Source: a virus
Lineage: Duplodnaviria > Caudoviricetes
Reading direction: 5' to 3' (one strand)
DNA: 64,000 bases
Virus record (IMG/VR): IMGVR_UViG_3300005323_000042
Coordinates: 1-64,000 of that record
Made by a program: the position numbers and the translations under genes. Shown in pieces: positions 46,501-56,854 of this stretch. Below the pieces are notes generated by a model. The model made no database searches and was not told the origin of the DNA. It worked only from the letters and a program-made list of their open reading frames with translations. How positions within the stretch are numbered: the first letter of the stretch is position 1; the number at the start of each line of letters is the position of its first letter.

Positions 46501-47586
46501 TTATATAATCACGTTGATTCTAACTACTTTAGCGTTTGTAGCTGTGGTAATGCCGGCATAAGTAATATTATCCGGTAAACCAGCAGTTGCAGTTCCCGGA
46601 GCTTTATCAAGCGCAGTTAAACTGGTAACATTTGGTAAATATGTTTTAACATATTCAAGAAAATCTTTAGGGAAGGTAGAGTCGATAAAGAGAACCTTAC
46701 CTAATACACTGCCCAATGTATTATTTACATATGATTCAACTAAATCAATCTTTGCATTGACATTAGTTGCCATAGAGGCTAATAATGTATCAACAGCACC
46801 GGAGACCCTGTCAAATTCAGCTTTAAGTTCTGCATCTGTAGGAGCGCCACCCGTGCCAGCTGCAAAAGCTGATGCGGTAATATTTGCAGGATCGGAAATT
46901 GCAGAAATACTCATCGCTGACAACGGACAGAAGTTACTGTTTTTGTTAAATGTAACAAGTCCGTAAGATGGTGTTCCTTCAAATACAGTCATACCCGGGA
47001 GGATAAGACCCGACGTATTTGCAACAACCGGTAACTCGATGAAATAACGGGTTAATATTGATGCGCCTGTCTGCAGGTTATAGTTAGTGTAGGTATAATC
47101 GATTGGATTGCCATCCTGTCCGGCGCCTGAACCTTTCCAAACGTCATAAGGAGCAATACCTGTTGGTTTACCAATCGGGTTATTTAAAGTTGAAGCAGCA
47201 TTGTAACTTGCGAAGAAGGATGCAACTACAGGTTCATTTACCGTTACTGCATCGCCTGCAAAGTTTTTCTTGCCATCATCAACATCATTTTGTGTATAAA
47301 CATTGCCGAAGTTTGCTTTGGCTGCAATGAAAGCGTCTTTATCTGCATATGCATTTGCAATAGCAGTAACAACGTCAATTGCCAAACCGGCAGGAACTAA
47401 TTTTCCGTTAACATCCTGTGCAACGACTTTACCGTAACTGATTACTTTCCAGTCGCCGACTTTATTGTCAAATCGAACGTTTGGAAGATAAGCAGCAGGC
47501 ACATAGTGTTGTGCGGGACGGATGCCTTCGCTTCTCTCTATGTTAGGAGTGGTAGAAGCATACATCAAATTTGCTTTTTTAAACAT
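46501..47586 (-). CDS. Head decoration / minor capsid protein (361 aa)
   Basis: Between protease and capsid genes; VISYGKVVAQDVNGKLVPAG...PTGIAPYDV pattern; strong SD. Confidence 0.7.
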   Translation of the reverse strand: MFKKANLMYASTTPNIERSEGIRPAQHYVPAAYLPNVRFDNKVGDWKVISYGKVVAQDVNGKLVPAGLAIDVVTAIANAYADKDAFIAAKANFGNVYTQNDVDDGKKNFAGDAVTVNEPVVASFFASYNAASTLNNPIGKPTGIAPYDVWKGSGAGQDGNPIDYTYTNYNLQTGASILTRYFIELPVVANTSGLILPGMTVFEGTPSYGLVTFNKNSNFCPLSAMSISAISDPANITASAFAAGTGGAPTDAELKAEFDRVSGAVDTLLASMATNVNAKIDLVESYVNNTLGSVLGKVLFIDSTFPKDFLEYVKTYLPNVTSLTALDKAPGTATAGLPDNITYAGITTATNAKVVRINVII

Positions 47587-47599
47587 GTGTGGACTCCTG
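47587..47599 (-). promoter_or_regulatory. AGGAGTCCACA leader motif / SD
   Basis: CAGGAGTCCACAC-ATG. Confidence 0.6.
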
Positions 47600-47607
47600 T
47601 GTTTTAG

Positions 47608-49539
47608 TTATTCTGATTTTACTTTTTTCTTAAGGTCTTGTATTTTGATATTTTGCGTCTTCTTGAAATTTTCAGCAACACGCAAATCTTTGGTTCTTAG
47701 TTTGAGATAAGTTTTTTCCGTTTGTTCTTCCAGCTTTGTAATCTGTTCAGGTGTAACTTCATTGTCTTCTGAATTTACAACGAACTGATTGGTCGTATTT
47801 CGTACAACTGCCGGGACAAAGTCTTTATTGAATATTGCGGAGAAGTTTTTATATGTAGCCTTAAGTTCTACTAATGATTGACTTTTAAAAGAGTCTCTCA
47901 TTTTTTCTATATCAACCTTTGGATCTTCCTTATCCTGGAAACTCAAAATATTATTGATATAATTTTCTTTTAATTCATCTGTCATCTCGGCAACGAGGTT
48001 ATTTAATGATGTCTCGTTGTCCTTCCACAGATCAAATTCTTTTTTATAGTTGTTTATTCTGCCTTCAAATTCTGTAATCTGATCTTTATTTAATTCTGCA
48101 ACTATATTGTCTTTAGTATCAGAATTAAGTTCAAGAATTTTATTAATTATAGGCAGAGCATCGCCGCCTTTTGCATATAATGAAAGAAGCAATTCAAGAA
48201 TAGCTTTTTCTTTTTCTGCATCCGGTCCTTCCGGTTGTTTCCAACCTGAAGCGGATATTGAAAATGAGTAATAAACTTCATCTGTATTTTCAGTTACAGA
48301 TGTATTGGTATTTGTGTTGTCGGTTGAAGTCGGTGTTCTTTCTGCAATAAAACCAAGTAATTCGGTTTTTTCTTCACAATCTTCAACGGTTTCAATTAGT
48401 TGTTTTACGGCAGCAATATATGCATCGTTCGGTACCGGAAAGTTTCTTCCGCGACCAAGAAACATTTTGTCTTCAAGTTTTTTAATCTCTTCAAAGGCAA
48501 GTCTCTGATCTTCAGAAACAGATTCCGTAATCTTTGCATGCAATTCCTGCGCATCAAGTGCATATAAGTCTTGTAATTTCATGCCTGATATATCTCCATT
48601 GTTTTTGTATTCAGTGTCTTGTGAAATAAAAGTGTCGTTGTTATTGTCGTAGTAGTATAACTGCAGGTCACTTACAGGTGTGTTTTCGGGATTTGTTATA
48701 AGAAGAGAATCCTGTGCAACTGCTGCAACAACAAGGGATGATCTTTCAAAGGTGGATTTTGCTTTCTGTAAATTATCGGCCAGCGACATATTTACCTGTA
48801 TTGCAAATTTCTTTATCTCTTCATTTGCAGCGATGGAATCTGCCGGTTCATTGACATATGAGTACTCGTCATAGGTCATGTCGCCGAATATCAGAAACAT
48901 TGGTCCTGAACCGTAACTCTTTCCTTTGATATGTTCGCATACGTCACTTTTTACCCAGTCGGTAAAACATTCGGAACATATCAAAGAGTCGGTACCATAA
49001 CCTATACTTATCGTATGGTATCTGCCGTCGATTATTTTTTCAATTGCAGCCGGATCAGTAATATTAGCTACTGTCTGTATATAACCAAGCCCTTCAAATC
49101 GCTTGTCATAAAGGAATGGTTTGATTTTTTTGATATACTGAAGGGTTTTTTTGTTATGTTCTGATGTATTTATAATCTGATCATATAAAGATTGGGGAAT
49201 CATAGGGTGGGGAGTTTCGATATAACTTGCGCGTTTAACTCTTCCTATCGGGTCTTTCTTATCTTCATGATGTATCAGGGCAGGTTTTTCGTAGGGGTTT
49301 GTAAAACTGTCTTTGCCGTTCTTAACAAAATAAGGGGCGTAGTAATGCCAGTGTCCGGTAAGACGAGCGGCATGTGTTACTCTTGCCTTTACCTGCAAAC
49401 CCTGTATAGTATCTCCGGATACTTCATCTTTCTGTCTTTCTATACTTGAAAGAATCGTATCAAGAAATTGATTACGTCTGTCTCTTTCAACCTGGTATTG
49501 TCTGAGACTGATATAATCAGTAAATAATGGTTGGCTCAC
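47608..49539 (-). CDS. Prohead protease with C-terminal scaffold (start probably GTG 49539)
   Basis: KPALIHHEDKKDPIGRV, IIDGRYHTISIG, CSECFTDW...CEHIKG, DEYSYVNEPAD; acidic coiled-coil C-terminus; GGAGATCCACACC before the GTG. Confidence 0.8.
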   Translation of the reverse strand: MSQPLFTDYISLRQYQVERDRRNQFLDTILSSIERQKDEVSGDTIQGLQVKARVTHAARLTGHWHYYAPYFVKNGKDSFTNPYEKPALIHHEDKKDPIGRVKRASYIETPHPMIPQSLYDQIINTSEHNKKTLQYIKKIKPFLYDKRFEGLGYIQTVANITDPAAIEKIIDGRYHTISIGYGTDSLICSECFTDWVKSDVCEHIKGKSYGSGPMFLIFGDMTYDEYSYVNEPADSIAANEEIKKFAIQVNMSLADNLQKAKSTFERSSLVVAAVAQDSLLITNPENTPVSDLQLYYYDNNNDTFISQDTEYKNNGDISGMKLQDLYALDAQELHAKITESVSEDQRLAFEEIKKLEDKMFLGRGRNFPVPNDAYIAAVKQLIETVEDCEEKTELLGFIAERTPTSTDNTNTNTSVTENTDEVYYSFSISASGWKQPEGPDAEKEKAILELLLSLYAKGGDALPIINKILELNSDTKDNIVAELNKDQITEFEGRINNYKKEFDLWKDNETSLNNLVAEMTDELKENYINNILSFQDKEDPKVDIEKMRDSFKSQSLVELKATYKNFSAIFNKDFVPAVVRNTTNQFVVNSEDNEVTPEQITKLEEQTEKTYLKLRTKDLRVAENFKKTQNIKIQDLKKKVKSE

Positions 49540-49562
49540 GGTGTGGATCTCCAAAAAATTAG

Positions 49563-51341
49563 TTAGTCGAGCGATTCAAGCAGTGCTATTGTCTTTTTGA
49601 CTAAGAGGTCGGTTGCGGATTCTGGCGAAATAATCCCTTTGTTAATTCTTGTATAGGCATCATTAACATAGTCGTCAATATGCAGTATAATACGATAGCA
49701 ATTATCGGGACTGAGATTTGCCAGGTCAAGTGAAAAAATGTGATTTATTAGTCTTATTTTTGTAGAATCAATGTCATAAATCGTCAGATTGTCCAAAAAT
49801 AGTCTTAAAGTCCCCTCTTCTGAGGAAATAGATGACTTTCTCTTTGTCGGACCAAGCGACTTACCATGTTGATTGGTCGGTTGCTGTCTGTTCTTGGCTA
49901 TGTTCTTTGCCTTACTTGAAGAAGAAGATGTAGAACTGGTTGTTTTTGGTTTTGAGGCATTGATTTCTTTTGCGGATTCAGTTTCAAAACGAATCTTTTC
50001 CTTTTCGTACTTATGCAGATATAACTTCTCACGCTCTTCGTCATCATCGATGACCGGTTGGCGGTTTCTATGACGCATTTCATCTTCAGTTAAACTGTTC
50101 ATTGAATACATAAGAGCGTTGTGATTCTCGGTCTTCATCATTGACTCAAGATCAATTTCGTTAAAGTCTATCATTACAATATTTTGATCATCAAGACATG
50201 TGATATTATATCTTTCAAGAAGAAGTTCGTTCAGGATTTCGAAATTAAACTGGTATTCAAATTCCTGCTGATAATCTTTCACATCATCAATAAGAATGCG
50301 TGATGCATTATCCGCTGTACTACGGTTCATACCATCACCTTCGCCCATATCAAGCGAAGAAACACCGGCTGACGTATAAGCTCTGCGTTTGAAGTGATCG
50401 AGATATTTTTCAACAGGAAGTATTTTATCAAAACCAAGAGTATCAAATTTCAATCTGTGGCTCACAACAATACCACCTGACACAGGCATCTCATTGATCT
50501 TTGACGTCCATAGATCAACTTCATTTGTATTGTCCTGATAGATTTCGGTAGGAAAATCGTCTGTGCCGATTGTAAGTATGAAAAGAGGGAAGAGATATTG
50601 TTCTATAAGAAGTTCGACGTTTTCTTCTATGCGCCTTAAAGCACGGATGTCATCGATAGCTGGCTGAAGTCCGGGAGCGGCAAAGATAAATCCTGCACGT
50701 TTGTTAAATACAAAATGAACAACATCATCTGCTACATATTCCTTTGACCTACCGTCTGGCATTTCCTGCATATACCAGGTAGGGTTCCCGTATTTATCTG
50801 TCTTGACAAGCATTGTCTCCGGAGCAACTCTGAAGTAAGCACATACCGGCTGAAGATCTTTCTCGCCATTATAGGTTCTAACTCTTCTCGTTTTGCCACC
50901 GGAATTCTTCTTGTCACGCAGTTTTATCCAGAACGCATTATGATACCTTACCAAATCACCAAGTGTATCTTTGACAAGCAGTCTGAATGGATAATTCTGT
51001 GCAATTTCAATCTGTTTAAGTCGCTGACTTACATATGCAACAGTTGCATTATTTTTGCCAATCAATTCCCAGCCCTGTTTTACACTTAAGGCTCTTTTCT
51101 TTTTAATAGCCTGCCGTATAATACCGTCTGCATCCTCAGCTGTACTGATTTCATAGAGATTGTATTCCGGAATCTGATATTCTTCTTCGGTAAAGTTATA
51201 CTTGCGGAAGTTGAATACATTCTTACGTTTTACCGGCAGTGTTTTCAATGGAACACTTATCGGTTTGCCTGAACCTGCCACACCTGGCAGTTCAAGCACA
51301 TTTAAATCATTTAGATTAATAAAATCTGATTGAATATTCAT
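49563..51341 (-). CDS. Portal protein (592 aa)
   Basis: YNLYEI...IRQAIKKK..L..KQGW, DLVRYHNAFW, DVVHF, APGLQPAIDDIRALRRIEE portal pattern; synteny terL-portal-protease. Confidence 0.85.
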   Translation of the reverse strand: MNIQSDFINLNDLNVLELPGVAGSGKPISVPLKTLPVKRKNVFNFRKYNFTEEEYQIPEYNLYEISTAEDADGIIRQAIKKKRALSVKQGWELIGKNNATVAYVSQRLKQIEIAQNYPFRLLVKDTLGDLVRYHNAFWIKLRDKKNSGGKTRRVRTYNGEKDLQPVCAYFRVAPETMLVKTDKYGNPTWYMQEMPDGRSKEYVADDVVHFVFNKRAGFIFAAPGLQPAIDDIRALRRIEENVELLIEQYLFPLFILTIGTDDFPTEIYQDNTNEVDLWTSKINEMPVSGGIVVSHRLKFDTLGFDKILPVEKYLDHFKRRAYTSAGVSSLDMGEGDGMNRSTADNASRILIDDVKDYQQEFEYQFNFEILNELLLERYNITCLDDQNIVMIDFNEIDLESMMKTENHNALMYSMNSLTEDEMRHRNRQPVIDDDEEREKLYLHKYEKEKIRFETESAKEINASKPKTTSSTSSSSSKAKNIAKNRQQPTNQHGKSLGPTKRKSSISSEEGTLRLFLDNLTIYDIDSTKIRLINHIFSLDLANLSPDNCYRIILHIDDYVNDAYTRINKGIISPESATDLLVKKTIALLESLD

Positions 51342-51358
51342 TTTAGGGCTCGTGTATT

Positions 51359-53299
51359 TTATCGGCTGGTTATCTTGTTAATCCAAGCTTCAACTTGTTC
51401 CTGAGAGTATTCTTCAAGGCCATATGCATTTATGCATGACTTGAAATCGAGAAATAGTTTTGGATGTTTTGTAATTTGTGATGTAGAATTTGTAACTGAT
51501 ACCCGTTTTGCAAGAATACTTTTTGCTTTATTTATTTTTGTAATTGTTTTTTTATAGGTGTCGATCTTTTTCTGATCAAGTTGATAAATATTCGCACCCT
51601 GTTCAAGTGATATTTTATAATCAACATCGTCTTTGATGTCTTGTAGAACAGAATTATCAAGGATATTAACAGAGTCATCATCAAAGAAATCGTCAGGGAT
51701 TGAAACGTCAACTATTACGGCTACATTAACAGACTTAACTAAATTTCCAGGCACCGTGTTTGTTACAACCGCAGTCTGGGCAGACTTTGTATCTGCTTCT
51801 TCGTCGTTATAAAGAGAATCAAGTTCATCCTGAAGGACATCGTTTAAGTCATCTATATACGTAAGCCATGGTTTTGTGGAATATGCTGCTGCGCATATTG
51901 CAGTCTTAACTTTTGAAAAATATTCACTTAGTTTTGCGCGCGATTTGATAGATCCAATATTTTTCCCGGCCTCATACATTTCATATATCAAACTGGCCCA
52001 GTTGCCAAGTTGTTCGAGTTCCACAAGCATGCTTATCATTTCGCCTTCGCTTGTTACGGAAAGTTGAGTGGCCTTTTCTATCTCAGATGTTATTCCACCA
52101 ACATATGATTTTATACTTCTTGAACCGGTGCGCATGATATTAACAAACTCTGTTTGCAGATTCTGTATGTTGTTTGCTGTTTTCGATATAGTAAGGTCAA
52201 CCGTATCTGCACTGACGTTTACCTTTATAAGTTGTGCTTCAAGTGCATCTGCAATACAATCTATTGCAGAGAATACAGTGCCTACAAGATTTGTAATAAT
52301 CGACAACAACGCATCAAGTGCGCCTGTTATAAAAATATTAAGACTTCCTGCTGGCAATGATAATTGATATGCATATTGAATAAAAAGTTTTCTTGATTTC
52401 TCCTGCATAAAGTTCAGCATGCTCAAGATACCAGCTAAATCAGGCAGACATACAAAATTCATCAACCCTTCTATTATCGAACATACATTTGACATCAGAT
52501 GCAGTCCTGCCAGATGGGTCTTCAGATCAATAAGCGTTGACAGCGAAGCAAGCAGGCTGCCATAGTAATGATTAACAAAATCCTTGAACGGCTGTATTTT
52601 TTTAAACCTTTCAATTGAATAAAGAATGCGCGCATCACACGGGATACAATCTTCATACAGTTTTTTAAGTTTATTCTTAAACTCGTCGTCGTCAGACTGG
52701 ATTGTATTACTTAAGTTTTGTATCGCGTCGTAATTAGAATTAAGTTGCGCTATATGATCGACTATTATATCGGTAACAAAAAAATCTTCTGCTCCCTTAT
52801 CGATAAGAAATTTTCTGTACCTGTCTTTTATTATTGCTGTAGAATGCAATACAGGATTACTGGGTACACTGGTATCTTTCAGTGATGAATCCAGTTTATC
52901 CTGGAGAACTGCATTCGACACCTCTGCGGCGGCGATAGACTTCTCAAGTTTTAAGAGATCTGTATATTGACCATATGTAAATTCAGTCAACTGTGCACCA
53001 TACAAAGATTGTACAGCATTTATCAGCACAGAGTCATCAATACTGATTGGCATATTAAGATCAAGCATAGCCGAACGCGCTGTCAATACATTGAGTATCT
53101 TGATATAATCTTTGACAAGACTCTGAGTAGCGGATGAAAACGTATCAAGTTCAGTTATAAAATTATTATATTGTTCTTCCGGAGAGTCATTACTGTTTGT
53201 AATTTCATTTATATAAGTCGCCGCTTCAACGGTCGGCTCGTCACGCCGAATGACAGGTTGCTTAAATAATTTATTTGAATCTTCTTTTGATATGCTCAT
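51359..53299 (-). CDS. Hypothetical helical virion protein (646 aa)
   Basis: Long ORF upstream of the portal; CIPCDAR and VCSIIEGLMNFVCLPDLAGILSML Cys/hydrophobic segments. Confidence 0.6.
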   Translation of the reverse strand: MSISKEDSNKLFKQPVIRRDEPTVEAATYINEITNSNDSPEEQYNNFITELDTFSSATQSLVKDYIKILNVLTARSAMLDLNMPISIDDSVLINAVQSLYGAQLTEFTYGQYTDLLKLEKSIAAAEVSNAVLQDKLDSSLKDTSVPSNPVLHSTAIIKDRYRKFLIDKGAEDFFVTDIIVDHIAQLNSNYDAIQNLSNTIQSDDDEFKNKLKKLYEDCIPCDARILYSIERFKKIQPFKDFVNHYYGSLLASLSTLIDLKTHLAGLHLMSNVCSIIEGLMNFVCLPDLAGILSMLNFMQEKSRKLFIQYAYQLSLPAGSLNIFITGALDALLSIITNLVGTVFSAIDCIADALEAQLIKVNVSADTVDLTISKTANNIQNLQTEFVNIMRTGSRSIKSYVGGITSEIEKATQLSVTSEGEMISMLVELEQLGNWASLIYEMYEAGKNIGSIKSRAKLSEYFSKVKTAICAAAYSTKPWLTYIDDLNDVLQDELDSLYNDEEADTKSAQTAVVTNTVPGNLVKSVNVAVIVDVSIPDDFFDDDSVNILDNSVLQDIKDDVDYKISLEQGANIYQLDQKKIDTYKKTITKINKAKSILAKRVSVTNSTSQITKHPKLFLDFKSCINAYGLEEYSQEQVEAWINKITSR

Positions 53300-53904
53300 T
53301 AGGAGTTCCCGTTATTGACATATTCATTATCACCTGTATCAACTGTAGATTCATCAACATCAAATGGTCTGTATTTGGATGCATTGCTGAACTCTTCGGA
53401 AACACTTAAAACGGGGGAGAATTCTTTAGCGGTTTTTCTAGGATTCCTGTGTTTCATTGATTTAGTATAGTTGCTGGTTTCGGCGACATAATCCTGTTCA
53501 CCGGTGTTGTGTGCTTTAGGTTGTGTTGAGAATGTATCTGCGGATTCTATAGTTGTAGATGCTATAGTTGAGTCTGTACCACCTTTGTGTGTATTAGGAA
53601 GAACCTGTACGGTATGTGAATGCGATTTTAAGGCACTGTCTATACTTTCAATACTTTTATTTGTCTTTTCAAACTCTTTCTTTATTTCATCCTTTATATC
53701 TTTAGCCCACAACTCAAGATCGTCTTTATGAACGTATTCGCTTGCGATAAAAGGGTAGAGGAGTATATATAGCTGTATTAACTGATCCTTGGTTACTTCT
53801 ACAGGCGACAAGTTGAATGTCTGAAGCTTTTTAATATCACCGGCAAGCCTTACTGCCCAACTGCCAATTGTGGTAATGTCATCATTTAATTTCTGTTCAG
53901 CCAT
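53299..53904 (-). CDS. Hypothetical protein with HxH motif (201 aa)
   Basis: Coiled coil followed by LKSHSHTV...HKGGT, similar to metal-binding spike tips. Confidence 0.45.
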   Translation of the reverse strand: MAEQKLNDDITTIGSWAVRLAGDIKKLQTFNLSPVEVTKDQLIQLYILLYPFIASEYVHKDDLELWAKDIKDEIKKEFEKTNKSIESIDSALKSHSHTVQVLPNTHKGGTDSTIASTTIESADTFSTQPKAHNTGEQDYVAETSNYTKSMKHRNPRKTAKEFSPVLSVSEEFSNASKYRPFDVDESTVDTGDNEYVNNGNS

Positions 53905-54869
53905 TAGAATTTATTCCATGTGTTGACGTGTTCGCTGTAGGTTAAAGGAGTGGTAAATAAGGCAAGTGTATGAAGATTCCCCTTGAAGTCGCTTCCGCCA
54001 ATTACAATATTGCCATCTATTGACAGGTCTACTGCTTCTTCGGGAACATCAACCAATGCCGCGACATTGCCATTGACAGATATGATTATATCGTCTGTTG
54101 ATGTAAGTGAGACCCCGAATGTGTAAACTTCATTATAATCTTCAGCAGAAACGTCAGCCTTAACGGTACTTGCGCCAAGTCTCACAAACGGTTCACGTGC
54201 CGCAGTTAAACCAAATGCAAAGCCACTCGTGCTGCATATTACCTGTTCTGTGTCAACTTCATCAACCAGGACTTTAACGAATAATGTCATAGCTGACAGA
54301 CCGCCATTTAGTGGAAACGTTACCAAATCGGACGAATCCTTGAAAGAGACGATACCGCAACCAAACATCATCTGGGTATCAGATAATGTTCCTGATGTAG
54401 ATGAAATATCTGTATAAGAACTTGTTGTTGTCAAAGAACCTTTTGTTTCTGTAAATTCAAATAATGCTTCAAGATCTGAAGTTGTAAAATGGGCACTGGT
54501 ATATGTGACATCAAGAGCAAAGTTAGTATAATCGATTATTACATCTCCTGTCTGTTCGACTATAATGTGCAGATAGACCGATTCATTTGGTAAAATCGTT
54601 TTTAATGCATTATTTGTTGTATAACTGTGAACAACACCGGCAACTGTACTGGTTGGTAAAAGCACAGAATCTGATGTGGCGGACCTTACATATGCGGGAG
54701 TTCCGGTCGAAGTAATTATAACATTATTAAGAATCATCTTTGATTCATTCTTTATTGCGATAACAGTATGTCCGTATCTCTGTTTATCAAGAATTACCGG
54801 AATACTCTCTGTCTTTATGGGCAGGAAACAATTGTTGTTTATATCAAAGACGTATAATTTTAATTCCAT
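53904..54869 (-). CDS. LamG/concanavalin-A-like domain protein (321 aa)
   Basis: LFEFTE..G...FGCG...F...SAMTLFVKV...ISVNG...IVIGG..FKGNLHTLALFTTPLT, a LamG-like pattern. Confidence 0.65.
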   Translation of the reverse strand: MELKLYVFDINNNCFLPIKTESIPVILDKQRYGHTVIAIKNESKMILNNVIITSTGTPAYVRSATSDSVLLPTSTVAGVVHSYTTNNALKTILPNESVYLHIIVEQTGDVIIDYTNFALDVTYTSAHFTTSDLEALFEFTETKGSLTTTSSYTDISSTSGTLSDTQMMFGCGIVSFKDSSDLVTFPLNGGLSAMTLFVKVLVDEVDTEQVICSTSGFAFGLTAAREPFVRLGASTVKADVSAEDYNEVYTFGVSLTSTDDIIISVNGNVAALVDVPEEAVDLSIDGNIVIGGSDFKGNLHTLALFTTPLTYSEHVNTWNKF

Positions 54870-54877
54870 ATGAATAA

Positions 54878-56854
54878 TTAGATTTGTTTTCTGAAATTTG
54901 TATTATTAAGGGGTTTTCTCCGGATGATCCTTATAGGAACGCTTTGTCTACGCTGTACAGTCCCGTTTTCAGGATTTGGTTTTAAAGACGATGTGGCATG
55001 TGAATTTAACCATATCTCACGTTCGCGTTCCTTGTCTCTCTGGAGTGCCTGGTCTTGCGGAGACAATTTTGGTTTGTTTGTTTTGCCTGCGATATGACCG
55101 AACTCTTTATTCTCAATAAACCGTATAGCATCTTGTATATGCGGCTTGCCAAGTGATGAATATTCCATATGGAAGCCGAACAAAGCCAGGATAAGCGCAT
55201 CAAGACGGTGATCTCCCAGTTTGGGATCTCCGACATACACAGGAAGCCCTTTGGGTGTTACATGATCTATTGCATAACCATGTAACTGTTTAATTAGTAT
55301 TTCATCTTCATCACTGATTTCAATAAGACCGTTTTCAAACACACGGACCGCATTGTTAACCATATAAGGTTTACCAGGTTTCTTAACTACCTGCTTTGTC
55401 CATGGATCTCTTATCTCTACCATAGACGAGAAGTTAATTGCCTTTGCTTTCAATAGCATTTTATCTACTGAGTTAGGTTGTGCTTTTAACCCCATCTCAT
55501 GAATATTTTCAATCTGACCGGCGCCATGTCCATAATCGACATATATAAATGAGCATCTCCATTTTCTATTGAGTTCGCGTATTTTACGTACGGCCATTGT
55601 CTGTGTCCAGCCTTCAACTGATATTGACGCCTGGTCAACAATGCGGTATTTTTGTCTTGTAGTATCAAAACCCAGAACATATATCTGGGTGCCGTTCTGT
55701 GTGTCATTCCAGTCAACACCAACACCATACACCCAGCCGGCAGCAACCTGTTGTGTTATGTAGGCATATTCTTCAATTGCCAGTTCAACAAACTGAGACT
55801 GAAATACTCCTTCGCCATCGGCAGAGAAGTCGGCAAGAACTTCATGCCTGTAACCGGCGTCTGTAAGCTGACTGCGGAAAGTCTGTTCCATTTCATAAGA
55901 CCAATTCGGATGGAACCTGTCGGTAGGGAAGTAGAAACTAACAAAGTCAGGATCAAAACAACGGTCATAGAAATAGTCCTTCATACCTTTAGGTGTTGAT
56001 GATACCACAAGTTCTACATTATTGTTTTCTGCAAGCAGGGCAATTACACTATCGATATCATATGAGTCGAGATATGAAGCTTCATCAAGAATAAGAATGT
56101 CAGCAGGCTGACCGCGTATAGCATCGGAACCGGAAACAAAACCCTTGATTGTAACGCCATTGGTAAGCTCAAGCATATCGTGCGGACTTTTACGCGTAGG
56201 TATTTTATTACCGACAACCATTTCCATCAGTTTTGGATTGCCATCAATAAGCAGTTCAACCATTTTAAATATTAAATCTATTTGCGATTGATTAGGTGTG
56301 AACAGTACAATATTAAATGCCGGTGATGTTGTGCTATACCAGGTGAATGCCCGATGAATAATCCTAACTGCCATCGATAATGTTTTTCCGATACGACGAC
56401 CAGCACGAAATGCTATTCTTTTTGAACGGCAGCGTATCATCTGCGCCTGGTACGGAATTCCTTTTCTGGATGTCCTGCCCTTCCATCCGCCATGTCGTTG
56501 TAGAAGATTCTTTTCTGCCCATAAGACCGGATCATATATTGACAAAACTTCATCAAGCTGATTATCGTTAAATCTGGTTTTTATCTGTTCGGGCAGAAGT
56601 TTTTCATAATACTCCTTACGCGGGTCGACAAGGAAAGCAGGATCATGCTGCATTGCCTGATAGACCCATTTTTTCTTATTTACTTTAGCCTCGGAAATCT
56701 GCTGATCGAATGTAGCCTTCAGAAATTCAGGGTCGGCATCGACAGACTGGTATTCCTCGATCTTTGCCTCGAGTTGTTCCTCGTCTTTATAGATCTCATA
56801 AAAATGACTATATGGATCAACTATAAATTTATTTGGCTTTTTTGTTTTTGACAT
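54878..56854 (-). CDS. terL: Terminase large subunit (658 aa)
   Basis: Walker A RAGRRIGKT, Walker B ILILDEASY, SSTPKG coupling motif, RNase H-like nuclease GVGVDWN...YVDYGHG...DHRLDA. Confidence 0.95.
   Translation of the reverse strand: MSKTKKPNKFIVDPYSHFYEIYKDEEQLEAKIEEYQSVDADPEFLKATFDQQISEAKVNKKKWVYQAMQHDPAFLVDPRKEYYEKLLPEQIKTRFNDNQLDEVLSIYDPVLWAEKNLLQRHGGWKGRTSRKGIPYQAQMIRCRSKRIAFRAGRRIGKTLSMAVRIIHRAFTWYSTTSPAFNIVLFTPNQSQIDLIFKMVELLIDGNPKLMEMVVGNKIPTRKSPHDMLELTNGVTIKGFVSGSDAIRGQPADILILDEASYLDSYDIDSVIALLAENNNVELVVSSTPKGMKDYFYDRCFDPDFVSFYFPTDRFHPNWSYEMEQTFRSQLTDAGYRHEVLADFSADGEGVFQSQFVELAIEEYAYITQQVAAGWVYGVGVDWNDTQNGTQIYVLGFDTTRQKYRIVDQASISVEGWTQTMAVRKIRELNRKWRCSFIYVDYGHGAGQIENIHEMGLKAQPNSVDKMLLKAKAINFSSMVEIRDPWTKQVVKKPGKPYMVNNAVRVFENGLIEISDEDEILIKQLHGYAIDHVTPKGLPVYVGDPKLGDHRLDALILALFGFHMEYSSLGKPHIQDAIRFIENKEFGHIAGKTNKPKLSPQDQALQRDKEREREIWLNSHATSSLKPNPENGTVQRRQSVPIRIIRRKPLNNTNFRKQI

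Noticed and set aside
54878-56854. Intein or intron in the terminase
   Set aside because: ATPase and nuclease motifs are contiguous at normal spacing; no C/S...HN splice motifs seen.
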